Assembly: GCA_009914755.4 (NCBI GenBank)
Contig: CP068257.2
Coordinates: 22,496,001 to 22,560,000, forward strand
Direction: 5' to 3'
Source of the DNA: the human T2T-CHM13v2.0 reference genome, Homo sapiens
Length of the DNA: 64,000 nt
Part shown: positions 43,921-57,201 of the stretch, piece by piece
Layout of the letters: each line of letters opens with the position of its first letter
How positions within the stretch are numbered: position 1 is the stretch's first letter
Position numbers and translations under genes: made by a program
The notes under the pieces: model-generated
Database searches by the model: none
What the model was told of the DNA's origin: nothing
What the model saw: only the letters and a program-made list of their open reading frames with translations

Positions 43921-45952
43921 CTGTTTGAACTTTGAATTCGTGTTTCAGAAAACCTTTCAGAGGTCCCATTATCTAATGTAAAGGGCCCTCAAAGTCAGAT
44001 TTGTTGAAAGTGATAAGATTATACAAGAGATAGAACATTTATGACATCATATCACTGTCAAAGGACTTATTTTAAAACATCTCAAACGAATTGATTAATG
44101 AAGAATTTAAAATCTGATTGTGGCTAATCATGCCAGGCTACATGGCCTCTATCCTTGAACTTCTGAAAAAAGAGGTTACCTTTTATATAAAATCAACTGA
44201 GTTAGAAATCACATGCTTATTCAAATGCATGTATTTTATGATTTAATTATTTTTCATTTCTTAGACCGCTTAAGGAAAAATATAATGACTATGAGATATT
44301 AGGGCCTATGAAAACGTGGGATGTATTTTTCAAACATGCCAAACATATCTATGAGACTGTACCCTTTGCTTAAATTTCTCTATATCTAAAATTTCTGCTT
44401 AAATTGTGCATATCTCTTAGTAAGAAATGTATGTCACTCACTTTGTAAGCCTTATCCTGACATACTATCTAAACTTGATAACCCATTATTCCCTTATCTG
44501 TGTTTTCACAAAACTTTATTTGTACTTATTCTATTTATCAGTGTTAAAACAGTATACAATTAATTAAATATATATCTGCTAATCACTTTCAAAGCCCTCC
44601 CACCTATCTACTAAAGTGTGAGTTTTTAAAATCAAGGTACATTACCTCTCCAGATTTATATTATCTATTATCAAGTGGCATAATGCCTTAAATAAAATAA
44701 CTATGCGGGAGTTATTTCTGTGCTTCATGATATTAGTTTTATGTTACACAATAATAGTTTAATTCTCAGAAATACTACCTTGGATTTTTGATTTAGAGTT
44801 TCAATCGGTCTTTGGTCTGTGCTCAGCCAAATTTTATACCTTGGTGTCATTCTACTTGTAAGACTAAAAAAATAATAATAAGAGAGAAAACAAGCCATTA
44901 TATGTAAGTATATTCTGTTATTGTCATAAAACACCTACCTTATATATAATTGTTATTTATTATGATCATTTATTAACTACACCAGACAAAATCAACAAAA
45001 AATATGTAGAAATTACCTATGCAGAAGGAAGGGAAAACATGTTTTCATATAATCCTGCTATAGAGTTATTCTCCATACAAAACTCACTAGGCTTTTTCCT
45101 TTAATAACCAACATTCCATCCTTTTTCTATACAGAGAAGCCTTTAGGTTGATTAAAGTTCACATTGGCATAAATGTTTTCAACATAGTGAATGAATTCCA
45201 GGGAAAAAGCAGCTGCTATGTAAGTTATGTTAATGGCTGGGTTTTCCTTCACACAAAATTGTATACTGCTCCCCCTACCTCTGACACAGAAATCACCTCT
45301 TGTGGGCTGTAGTGCATTTTTTTTTTAGGTCTAGAAATTGGAAACATGGATATTTATTGCAGTTAAGGAACTAAGAATTTTAAAGAGGCAATTTCTGGAA
45401 GCTGGCTGAAAAATGACCTCATTCTCCTTCAAGTTTATTGTCCACACAGTGCTGTGCTGGCATTCCAAGATGCACGACGTGGTTAAAGTCTTTCTGCACA
45501 GGCTTCAGGGGCATGATTCTCAATAACAAATTGTGCCCGAATGCCTGATTTTACTTGTTTCCTAAAGAATGCTCATTTTATAATTCATTCCAGTAGGAAA
45601 ACAACACTATAAACATTTCAAAATATTTATAATTTAAAATATTAAATAACATTTTCTATGCTTTGATAGTTTAGAATGAGTCAAACATTTTAACCTCTTA
45701 AAAGTGACAGATTGGAGTCTACTAGGTAAAAGTTCCACATTTTCAGTTTCCTGAATTACCAGTTTAAGATATCATTTGACCAGCTTGAAGTATGATCTAT
45801 GGAATGATGATGATACATGAAATAATTATTATCAATTACAGACAAGATCACTATGAAAATCGAGATGAAGCATAGAATGTAAGAATTTCGGCAGATTAAG
45901 TTTATGTCTAATAAATCTAACAATTAAAAACATGATTTGTACTTGTAGTCCT

Positions 45953-45993
45953 CCTTTTTTATTTTTATTTTTATTTATTTTTATTTTTATATA
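45953..45993. repeat. (TTTTA)n-like simple repeat
   Basis: 'ttttttatttttatttttatttatttttatttttat'. Confidence 0.85.
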
Positions 45994-47125
45994 TACTTTG
46001 CTGAAGCTTAAGATTGGGACATATTAGGAAAAAATGATTTTTCACTATAGATAGTTTGAGAAGCATTGAATTCTAGAAAAGCAGTTTTCAAGATTTGTTT
46101 GAAATATTATGTAGAGGCTCCGTCCTTGAAACAGTAAATATGGAGCTTGTCTGTTTAAAGTATATACAGAGATGAAATGCAGCTCCACTTTCCCCACTGG
46201 GGCAGAAATAGGGAATCTCGGGGGCAGAGAAATTACATCAAGAACAAGAAGCACTTACTTGTATGCAACAAAACACAGCATGGAAAGTGGATAAAAACTT
46301 CAATGATGGTAAGTGATATTTGCATGATTATAGACAACAAAAATTATAAACATAACTTAAAATTTAAAAGATTAAATAAATGCTCAAACAATAACCTTGA
46401 TCTAATGTGGCTTAATGTATGTACTGTTCTTAGTTATTTGACTTATAGAGAATAAAACAACCTCTGGCCCTCATGAAACTTATATTCTAGCAAGAACTGC
46501 AATTCTTAGTTTCATAAAACCAACATTTAAACATCTGAAAGCAGATAGAACATATTAATAAATCACGGTATAAGGTATTCCTGGTAAGAATAATTTTGAA
46601 AAAATTACCAATAACTAAAGGAGGGTATTAAGAATTAAAAACTTTTCATCAGTTAAAAATTAGAACAAAGCAAGTTGTATCTGTCTTGTAGCAGAAACAT
46701 CAAATTAATCAGCTTATTTATGTTTCTTTAAAATGAACAATTTGGCTGTACATTACCTCTCTGTATTTAGTATTTATGCTAAGTTTTTCTCACAGTATCA
46801 TAAAGTGATGGCAAAATTAACTACCTGTTTTAATAGAGATGCTGAATATTCTTTGAAATGATGGTGTGGGAGACCGGAATACACCACCCTAAGATATATT
46901 AATACTTCTTTGGCATAAGAATTGTTGACCTGAAGGTGATTAGAAAGAAGCAGATGCAGGAAAGTTCTCTGCCCTATCTCTATTTGCCCAAAAGCGAAAC
47001 ATAAATTTGCAAAAGCAAAAGATACTCCACTTCTCCTCTCTACCAGGAAGGCCAAAGGATAACCACTGAAGAAAACTTTAGACTGTGATCAGTCTGGAGA
47101 CGGTATCTGTTGTGGTTTAAATGTT

Positions 47126-47480
47126 TGTGTCTCTTCCAAAATTCATGTGTTGAAACTGAATTTGCAAATATGATAGCAGTAAGAGGTTGTGCCCTTAGGA
47201 GGTAATTAAGTAATGGAGTGGAGCCCTAGTAAATGGGATTAAGGCCTGTATAAAAGACGTTTGACTATGTTCGACCCTCTTGCTCTTTCGCCTTCCCCCA
47301 CGCCAGGACACAGAAACAAGACATCTTGGAATCAAACAGCAGCCCTCAGTAGACACCAATGCTAGTGGCTTAATCTTGGACTTCCCAGCCTCCAGAACAT
47401 TAAAAAAAAATAAATTTCTGTTTTTTATAAATTACTCAGTCTGTTGTATTTTCTTCTATCAGCATGAAAAGACTAAGACA
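47126..47480 (+). mobile_element. MaLR LTR (MLT1-type), near full length, with an internal A-run insertion
   Basis: 'tgtgtctcttccaaaattcatgtgttgaaactgaatttgcaaatatgatagcagtaagaggttgtgcccttaggaggtaattaagtaatggagtggagccc...cttaatcttggacttcccagcctccagaacattaaaaaaaaataaatttctgttttttataaattactcagtctgttgtattttcttctatcagcatgaaaagactaagacaa'. Confidence 0.75.
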
Positions 47481-48041
47481 ATACCAGAGGAATCCACATT
47501 AACAAACATTACTACATAACCTTTATCTGCTATTTATTTGCATTTCTTCAGGTTGCTGCCCCTAGAGGCTCAAAGCTCCTTTCCTTTATCTTGTCACTTC
47601 TCTAAAATTTTCTATTCTTTTTGATGATGTAATATAAGCTGAAATTCAAAACCACCTTTGTGAAAATTACTCATCTTCTATGTGTTTCTGGGTGAAATAC
47701 ACATATAAATCAATTTTTGGTTTTTCTCTTGTTAATCTGTCTTATGTATCAGGGGTCCATTTTAACCTCTGAGGCATGCTACAGCAGGGCTTTTGACCTA
47801 CAGAACTAGGAGATAATATACAGGTGTTATTTCAATCCATTCAATCTAAAGTAAATTTTTACAGCAGCAATTAGAAATTAATATCATATTCTTTCCGAAA
47901 AGGAAGGCACTTGTATTGGATCATTGTGGATCTAACGCCTTCCCTGAAAACAAAACTAAAGTGCCTACTTTACTGGTTGGATAGTATTCTGGTTTCTGAC
48001 CCTTGCTTAGCTCATGTATCACTTGTGAAATATTACAACTA

Positions 48042-48330
48042 GGCCAGGCGCAGTGGCTCACATCTGTAATCCGAGGAATTTGGGAGGCCAAGGCAGAAAG
48101 ATTGCTTGAGCCAAGGAGCTCCAGATGAGCCTGGGCAACATAGTGAGACTTCATCACTACAAAACACAAAAATGAGTAGGATGCTGTGGCACATACCCGT
48201 AGTCCCAGCTACTCAGGAGGCTGAGGTGGGAGGATCACTTGAGCCAGGTGGTGGAGGCTGCAGTGGGCCATGATCACACCACTGCACTCCCGCTAGGGTG
48301 AGAGGGTGAGACTGCATTAAAAAAAAAAAT
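48042..48330 (+). mobile_element. AluJ/S, plus orientation, full length with poly(A); short TSD ~ACAACTAG/ACTACTAG
   Basis: 'ggccaggcgcagtggctcacatctgtaatccgaggaatttgggaggccaaggcagaaagattgcttgagccaaggagctccagatgagcctgggcaacatagtgagacttcatcactacaaaacacaaaaatgagtaggatgctgtggcacatacccgtagtcccagctactcaggaggctgaggtgggaggatcacttgagccaggtggtggaggctgcagtgggccatgatcacaccactgcactcccgctagggtgagagggtgagactgcattaaaaaaaaaaa'. Confidence 0.92.
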
Positions 48331-49078
48331 CACTACTAGTTGGCAAACATAAGAAGTTTTGCATAAATACAATGCCCATAATTGTATCAATTTGAGTAAT
48401 TTCATTTTTTTCAATTTTTACTGGATTTTTTTTGTTATTAAGAACTTATTTTGTATCAGGCTCTCTACCAAGCACTTTAGCTACCTCACCTCATTAAAGA
48501 TGCTCTACATTTTTAATAGTACTGGAGGAAACTGGGGCTGGAAAACAACAGAAAATTAGACAAAAACTCTAGTCTACATAACTATTAAGATTGAATCTCA
48601 TAACTTTAACCACTCTTTCTTTGACTGGGGATGTCTAGTTATATTCTCTGCAGTAAACTTTGTCTTTTAGTGGCAAAAAAATGGAGAGGATTGCAGAAAC
48701 AAATAAATAAAAAGATTTCAGTTCCATTACCTTTTCTTCCTACAACTATTCAAAGAAAACAGTTTCCTTCCTCAGTTCCTGGGGCAGCTAAACTCACCAA
48801 TTAAGTTATTCAGTAGAATCAATAAGCAGACAGATTTTGAATATTTAGATCTATTTTACTGAAAGATTTAACAAACATATCTTTGAAAGCAAAATGACAA
48901 GAGAGAGTAAAAATATCTATATTCACTAAAAATCCTTGCTATATTTATTCATTGAGAAATCTTTTTTTGAATTACAGGTGGTAACCTTTATGTGTATTTC
49001 ATGTAGGTCAATAATCACAAAACTAATCCACCTAGTTGGTTTGGGATATTCTGGGCAGCTTCTTTTGTATTGAAGTAG

Positions 49079-49099
49079 CCTTTTTTTTTTTTTTTTTTA
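49079..49099. repeat. poly(T) run (21 T)
   Basis: 'cctttttttttttttttttttacc'. Confidence 0.9.
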
Positions 49100-50400
49100 C
49101 CCTGTTAAAATGAGGATTGAGCATCTCATAGAATCTTGGGGGCTGCAAGATAGAAATTCAAATTACTAGTGCTAGATTAAAAATTACCCCACAAGTTGCT
49201 GGCATGAGGTAACAACAACTGAATTTGCTTAGGGGTTCTCTGAATCAGAAACTTAGGTAAAGAATGGCAGGGATGGCATTTCTGAGCGCCACAGTGTCTT
49301 TGGCCAGAGCTGGAAGATTTGAGGCTGGATACTGGACTCATCAGAAGCTCACTCACCAACATGTACACCAGCTGATGTTGGCTGTTGGATGGAACACCTA
49401 TGTGTGGCTTCTTCATGTGGTCTGAACTTCACTTCAACATGATGTTCTAGTTCAAAGGGCAAGCAACACAAGAAGAAAAATGAGTCAAGTGGAGGCTTTT
49501 CACCCTTTTTTGACCTAGACTTGAAGGTCATATAGCATCATTTCTTTCACAATCTGAGGGTTAAGGAAGTCACAGTTGTCTGTCCAGGTTCAAGAAGTAT
49601 CAATATCACATTGATACAAAGAATGTCAATATCACTTTGTAAGAAGACCATGTGCAATGAGATATATATTTGAGCTGTCTTTTGAAAACACTGTCTGATG
49701 CAGTGAGGGAAATATATGCATAACAGATGTGTTGGAGACACAATGAAAAGGAGAAGGATTTTTAACAAATACACTATATTAGGTAATTTTTAAAAAAAAC
49801 CAACACAAAAAAGCACCAGATACATTTATTAATATAAAATTCCATCATGAAATTATTCTCCCACACCTCTTTCTCATTGCAATGCTCAGTTTGCTATACT
49901 GACTTGGCTAGGTTTTACTCTCCAGTTATTCATCAAACACTAATCTAGTTACTTCAATAAACACATTGGTAGATATCATCAAAGTCCATAATCAGTTCTC
50001 ATTCAGTTAAAAGGCTCTAAGTTTGGAACTGAGATTTAGATGAAGAAGAAGTTCTGTTTTGTCTCATGGCCAAGAATTCCAGCCTGTCCTTCTGACAGCC
50101 TGCCCTATGGATTTCACCTTTCCCAGCGAGAGCCCACAAAAGTGTAAGCCAGTTTCTTGTAATTAAGCTCTTAATACAGATCTAACACTGGTTTTCTTTC
50201 TCTGGTTGGTCCCTAAATGATAAAATCATCAAAAGCATTTATCTCCATTTAGGATATTTGACATTTATTCTAGAAACTGTAAGTTTAACAATGAATAATG
50301 TTGAGTTTCGGAAAATAATACCCCAAAATATGGTGCTTTGACATACTAAAATAAAGAAGTAGTCTTAAGGTTGCTGTGGTCTTACCCCACCCCTTCTGTC

Positions 50401-50880
50401 TCTCAACTCTCTATCTGTCCCAAAGCACAGAACACAGCTGTTCTCTGAAATTCTTTTATCTACCTAGAAACCAAACCTGCCAAAAAGGAACACAGTTGCC
50501 TTCAATCCGCTCCCTGAAATTTTATTAACCAGAGAAGATTAGAACTCATGTCACAGAGGAAGAGAATTACAATTAAATACTAAAACCTGGAGCCCCGACA
50601 AACTCTGTTCTCTAGTCCCATTTCATTTCCAAATAAAATTGTTTCTTAACCATAATCAGAGCACTGTCTCCATTCATCTGTCCAAAAACCTCTTTACTGT
50701 ACCTAAAAAATAGTCACATTTCTCCCACTTCTCCTTCTCCTATAAGGAAGGGCTAATAACATCTGGACCTCATGAGTTATTGGGTAATCATTCTCACGTA
50801 TCTCCCTCATGCTTGTTCATGTTCAAAAAATCCACGTGTCTTCCATTAATCTGTCCACTGTTAGTTCCTTTTCAGCAAAT
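50401..50880 (+). repeat. Diverged paralogous segment, copy 1 (homologous to 54971-55450, ~70-75% identity); unclassified ancient interspersed repeat or old duplication
   Basis: Shared colinear blocks: 'tctcaactctctatctgtcccaaagcacagaa...ttctctgaaattcttttatctacctagaaaccaaa...aggaacaca.ttgc...tgaaattttattaacc...ctgttctctagtcccatttcatttccaaa...ctccattcatctgtcc...atttctcccacttctccttctcc'. Confidence 0.7.
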
Positions 50881-51504
50881 CTTTAAAGAGTAGAGGGGCT
50901 GCAACGGATTTGGTTTTACAAGTGGGACAAACCAAATCCACTCTGCTCTTCTGGAAACTGCTATAAAAGGAACCCAGAACCTGACCATGGCTGGGCATGG
51001 GGGGAGATTTCTTACTTGTTAGACTCCTGTGTGTCTCAGTGGAAACTGACAGAGGATATAATAAAAATTTGTTTTTCTTTTTTTTTTCCAAATTAAGATT
51101 GACAGGAGTTAAGTATTTCAACTCTCAGTATCCATAGAAAGATCAAATTTAAAGGGGGATACAAATGAAATATAGCAACTACCTAAACTACCCTTGAAGA
51201 GATTAAACATCAGAAATCAGATTTAAGACAAAGTTAAAATCATTTGATCTCTCCAACTGCCTGCCTTGGATGCTCTACAGGATTTGTTAAAAAGGTGCTC
51301 CAGACTGTGGTCTCCTGGCTGGGATCTAACACTTTCACCATTGTGACCCGGTTTTACTCTTATCTGTGGCACCAGTCACTTGGATAAGTAAATCTTTTGA
51401 CTCAGGAGAAAACATTTCTAAAACTTATTTTAGTAAGTTTCTTTTGATTTAAACAAAAAGTTTGCTGCTTAACCTATACGAATACCTAATAATAAGATTT
51501 TTTA

Positions 51505-51668
51505 ATACTTTAATTTTAAGTTCAGGGGTACATGTGTAGGTTTGTTACTTAGGTAAACTTGTGTCATGAGGATTTGTTGTACAGTTAATTTCATCACCCA
51601 GTTATTAAGCCTAGTATCCATTAGTTATTTTTCCTGATCCTCTCTCTCCTCTCACCCTCCATCCTCCC
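51505..51668 (-). mobile_element. Short L1 (L1PB/L1MA-like) 3'-terminal fragment, minus orientation
   Basis: 'tttaagttcaggggtacatgtgtaggtttgttacttaggtaaacttgtgtcatgaggatttgttgtacagttaatttcatcacccagttattaagcctagtatccattagttatttttcctgatcctctctctcctctcaccctccatcctcccatgggccccagtat'. The same family terminus is seen at 28212. Confidence 0.8.
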
Positions 51669-52942
51669 ATGGGCCCCAGTATAAAAAAAAGAAGAGAGAT
51701 TTGAAATAATTTTTTAACAGCTCTATGATCAAAAGTTGGAAACTTTTAATGAAAAACTAATATTCAAGCTACAGTTATAAGGGCTTCTCTATTTTTTATT
51801 TCTGTTGGATTTTTCTTCAGAAACATTTTAGTTAACTGAAACTTTTATTCTCCCAAATCTTTGCTAACTAAAACTTCACTGGTCTTTTTTAAAAAACAAA
51901 TGACTTATTTCATAATTTTCTGTGATGCTATTTTGATCAAGAGTTTAAACTTTATTCTTGACAAAGTTCTAAAAAATCAGATTTAATATTTTCGAGCTCA
52001 AAGTAACTTTTTGATGTTTCAGAGGTTCCCTAAAGCATCCAACAGAGAAAGAATAAGCTAATCAAGCTTACTTCATGTTAATTTTATAGAGTACATTGTT
52101 AAATAAGAACTAATATTTAATCTTCTTTGAGCTATATTTGTATGAATGTTATTAATACTAACATATATTTGAAAATTATATAAGATTTCTAAAATTCTGA
52201 CATGTCTTGGTATATGTTATCAGTTATAATTATTGCTATCATGTTAAATTCTTGTGGGCCACAGAAAATGATCAAATTTTCTTGTCAATTGCATCTTTAT
52301 GCCCATTTTAAGCCTTTTTGTCCCGAGTTACTTGCTTTATTCTTATGCTTTTGTTTTGAAAGCTCCTTACAAATGCCAAAGTGTTGCATCTTCAAGAAAA
52401 TTCATAGGAAAGACTGCAACAAGTACTCTTAAATACAAGCTTCTGGCAACTTTAAGACCAAACTATTAAATTGAGTATAAAAAAAATCTGAACTCATAAA
52501 ATTTCTAACACAACATCAACCAGAATAAGAATTAATTATATAGAACTAAACTGATAAAGACAATTTTTTATTACTTTGGTTCAAAACATTGATGATTATT
52601 TTTATGTTTTGTTTTCCAGATTTAAGAATTCTTTTTCTTTTAAACTATTTATGGCTTGCAAGATTTTGGTAGAATATTCCGTGAGCAAAATTGAAGCATG
52701 TTTTCACTCTGCAACTGATCTTCCAGAATTGAGAAACTATTTGTGAGTATTGTTTTCTTATGGCAATATAGTTATTTCATAAGTCCAATAAGAAACTGTT
52801 TTATTCTGTAACAGGACACGATTGGAGATTCTGGTAATTGTATCAAGGCTCTGACTAGAATGTCATATTCTGACATGACAAGACAGTTTTGAAAGATTGA
52901 CATTTACTTCTTTTTTCTTTATTTCTTCTTAAAAAAATAAAA

Positions 52943-53151
52943 GGATACACGTGCAGAACGTGCAGGTTTGTTACACAGGTATACATGTGCTATGGTGGTT
53001 TGCTGCACCTATTGTCCCATCCTCTAAGCTCCCTCCCCTCACCAGGCCCTGGTATGTGATATTCTCCTCTCTGCGTCCATGTATTCTCATTGTTCAGCTC
53101 CCACTTATGAGTGATAACGTGTGGTGTTTAGTTTTCTGTTCCTGTGTTAGT
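52943..53151 (-). mobile_element. Older L1 3'UTR segment, minus orientation, lacking the last ~25 bp and a tail; joined to an oppositely oriented L1 segment at 53152
   Basis: 'ggatacacgtgcagaacgtgcaggtttgttacacaggtatacatgtgctatggtggtttgctgcacctattgtcccatcctctaagctccctcccctcaccaggccctggtatgtgatattctcctctctgcgtccatgtattctcattgttcagctcccacttatgagtgataacgtgtggtgtttagttttctgttcctgtgttagt'. Confidence 0.8.
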
Positions 53152-53483
53152 GAAGACATTTATGCTGCCAACAAACATATGAAAAAAAGCTCAACATCAC
53201 TGATTATCAGAGAAATGAAAATTTAATCTACAATGAGATATTATCTCACACCAGTCAGAAAGGTGATTATTAAAAAGTCAGGAAACAATAGATGCTGGGG
53301 AGGCTGTGGAGAAATAGGAACACTTTTACGCTGTTGGTGGAAAAGTAAATTAGTTCAACCACTGTGGAAGACAGTATGGCGATTCCTCAAGGATCTGGAA
53401 TGAGAAATACCATCAGACCCAGGAATCTCATTACCCGGTATATACCCAAAGGATTATAAATCATTCTACTATAAAGACACATG
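53152..53483 (+). mobile_element. L1 ORF2 C-terminal segment, plus orientation (inverted relative to 52943-53151; ~220 bp of L1 missing between the two segments' L1 coordinates)
   Basis: 'gaagacatttatgctgccaacaaacatatgaaaaaaagctcaacatcactgattatcagagaaatgaaaatttaatctacaatgagatattatctcacaccagtcagaaaggtgattattaaaaagtcaggaaacaatagatgctggggaggctgtggagaaataggaacacttttacgctgttggtggaaaagtaaattagttcaaccactgtggaagacagtatggcgattcctcaaggatctggaatgagaaataccatcagacccaggaatctcattacccggtatatacccaaaggattataaatcattctactataaagacacatg'. Confidence 0.8.
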
Positions 53484-54319
53484 ACATTGACTTTTATGAA
53501 AACAACAAAAATCCTCCTGGAAAAATTGACCTGATAACTCAAATACATGATTCCTGTGTTTGCCTTTAGAGGTGGATAGAGAATGTCACTTCTTGACAGG
53601 CTGAGAAACCTCAGGATATTTTGAGGACCTAAAGGAGAGAGGAACTCACCAAATTTGTTCTGATATTATAGACCTCCAAGGCCACAGCAGCTTTACAAAT
53701 GCCTAATCTGATGTTTCTTACCAAAAGTTTCAACAAAGTCTACTTAAAAAGAACCTATGTAATCAATCACTATTCTTGCTGCACTTTATGCAAATAATCA
53801 GGCCAAGATAATGAGACTAAACTTATTTTGCAAAAAAATTAATTTTATCATAAGTAACTGTTGAAAATGGGGATGAATGTAAGGAAGAAAAATTATGTAT
53901 CAGAAAAAAAAACTATAGTGCACCTGTTATTAGATTCTAGACCCGTCCACCAATTTTGAGATTTTTATTATCTGGACTAAATTCTGAAATTTAGTTCTCT
54001 CTAGTATTTGGCCATGACTCTCCAAACTGTTCCCAATTTTTTCTGCCAAATTTTTGATTTCAAATCACTAGAAATTAAAAGTTTTTTTTAAACTGAGGCC
54101 CTACAAGCTGAACCTAGTTAACTTGTCACTGAAGAAAAATCATTGCAACTGCTTATATTTGGACAAACCTTGTGACATACAACTACAGTCCAAGCAAATA
54201 TGACAGATTGCCACTGTCTCTCTGGCTCCAACTTCGGTATTTCAGCTCATATGTGAAAATCTTTTTAATAGACTTCCCTCCAGACTCAGGGGCTAGGTTA
54301 CAGACTACTTCCGACATTA

Positions 54320-54764
<445 letters not shown>

Positions 54765-54970
54765 CTACTTTAGTAGAATCCTTTGGCACTCAGCTACTAA
54801 CTTGAATTTTCTCTCCAGAGCCACCAACTCAGCTGTTAATGTGTATAACCTCTAGTAAAGTTTCAGACAGGGGAATGTTAGGGCTCAAAAAATGATACAT
54901 CGAAATATGTCACTTTGAAATATTGAACTGAAGAAGCAGCCTCAAGATCTCTTACCTCTCACCTCTCCTC

Positions 54971-55450
54971 TCTCTCAACCCTCTGTCTCTCCCAAAGTAC
55001 AGAAGAAGATGGCTTTTCTCTGAAATTCTCTTATCTCCCTAGAAACCAAATATGCCCAAGAGGAACACATTTGCTCTCGATCCCTCTCTAAAATTTCATT
55101 AACCTTAGAAGATGAAAACTCATAAAGGAAGAGAACGAAAAGTAAACACCACACCTGAAGCCCAGATGAACACTGTTCTCTGGTCCCATTCAATTCCCAA
55201 AGAAAACTTATTAATCAGTGTCTGCATATTGACTCCATTCATCTCTCCTAAAAATAATTGACTACCCTTCAAAAATCATCTTATTTCTCCCACCTCCCCT
55301 TCTCCAATGAAGAAAGGTATATGAACACCTGGATGTGACTGTGTTATTGTGTATTCATCCTCATGCAGTTCTCTCATACTTACGTATGTTAAATCAATCT
55401 GAATGCCCTTTCTTCTATGAATTCTATTGTCAGTTTATTTTCTGTAAACC
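54971..55450 (+). repeat. Diverged paralogous segment, copy 2 (see 50401-50880)
   Basis: 'tctctcaaccctctgtctctcccaaagtacagaag...ttctctgaaattctcttatctccctagaaaccaaa...aggaacacatttgc...taaaatttcattaacc...ctgttctctggtcccattcaattcccaaa...ctccattcatctctcc...atttctcccacctccccttctcc'. Confidence 0.7.
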
Positions 55451-56805
55451 TTCAGAGAACAGAGGAAAGGCTTTCCTTTGACCCCTGCAATAGCAATTTC
55501 ATACCAATGTTTAGTAACTGGAACTACAGAGAATTAGTCAGTTTCCATCTGGTTTTACTCATTTAGCGAAAATGATTAATAGCACTTGCCTCCAATATTA
55601 TAGGACTAAGTAAGCACTTTTTTGAGTGCCATCTATGAACAATGTGCTGTTGTTCAAATTAGTTGTGTACAAGAGAATAGAATAAATTAAAAGTTACATG
55701 TTGTCCTTTTATTCCATATTGTGGGATAGCATTGGCTTTTATAAAAAGTCCAATTTCACTAAATCTTTGAACTTTTTAGGTACCAAATATCAAGGATTTT
55801 GAGTAATAAGCACTCCTATTAAGACTTTAGAAACTTGTGTCTAAAACTTCGTTGCTATTTCTGAACTTGCAGCAATCCGAACGTGAAATCTGAATGAGCC
55901 TGTAAGAAAAAAAATGAAATATTCAAAGCTGTACATTAACCCTTGAAGTCCATAGCTGAATTTTTCAAAAAGAAATGAATAGAAGAAAATTAAACCTCAA
56001 TTGAAACATGAGAGAATAGTGCTGTAACATAAACAGTATCTCTTTTTTGTGGCACCAGTTTTTCAGTGATTCAAAGGAAGAATGTTTCTAGCGAAAAAAA
56101 ATGGTTGCTATGGAGTTAAGAGTTGAGTTAATACCAACAAGGCAGAAATGCTGTGGGTTAATAATTACATTTGAATAGATTAGCTTGATTCTTTGCAAGA
56201 ATATTTTTATTGCTGTGTCCATATCTTTACTTATTTATATTAAATAAGTTATAACTTTTATCTTGTGAAGAAACTCACCATGGGTGCACTATAAAGCATT
56301 TATTAATTGCTTAAGAGATTTTATGCCATTTTAGTGATATTTGAGGCAGGAATTTTCTGTGGATTTTTACATATCTATACAATTACTGTATTTCATTAAT
56401 TGATATAGCTGCTAATGTATCAAACACAGCAGGACTGAAAATACAGGGAAATGAAGTAAAGTTGCTGGCATAGTCTGATAAAGGTTTGTGCATCAGTAGA
56501 TAATTTCTTTAAATGACATTATCTAGAATTTGTGAAAAGATAGTTTTTTTTTTTAAGACAGACATAAGTACAAAATGTCTGCTTCTCACAGGGCACGTTT
56601 GCTTTCAGTGCACAATAAAGCTCAAATTTAAATCTTCACTTACATTTACTGCAGCCACATTGCCTTTTTCTTGATTTCCAATGACTCTTTGTTAAAAAAA
56701 TAATTTTGATGCCAATATTGTACGCATTCTGCATTCCATATATCACTTATTGCTTCTTTATTTCTGTTACTAACGACTGTGCTCCAACGTTTACCTCTTT
56801 ACTCA

Positions 56806-57201
<396 letters not shown>

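Noticed and set aside
50905-50940. Short stem-loop 'ggatttggtttt-acaagtgggac-aaaccaaatcc'
   Set aside because: The 11-bp stem is common by chance at this scale, with no flanking signals (no poly-T terminator or promoter relevance in a eukaryotic context).
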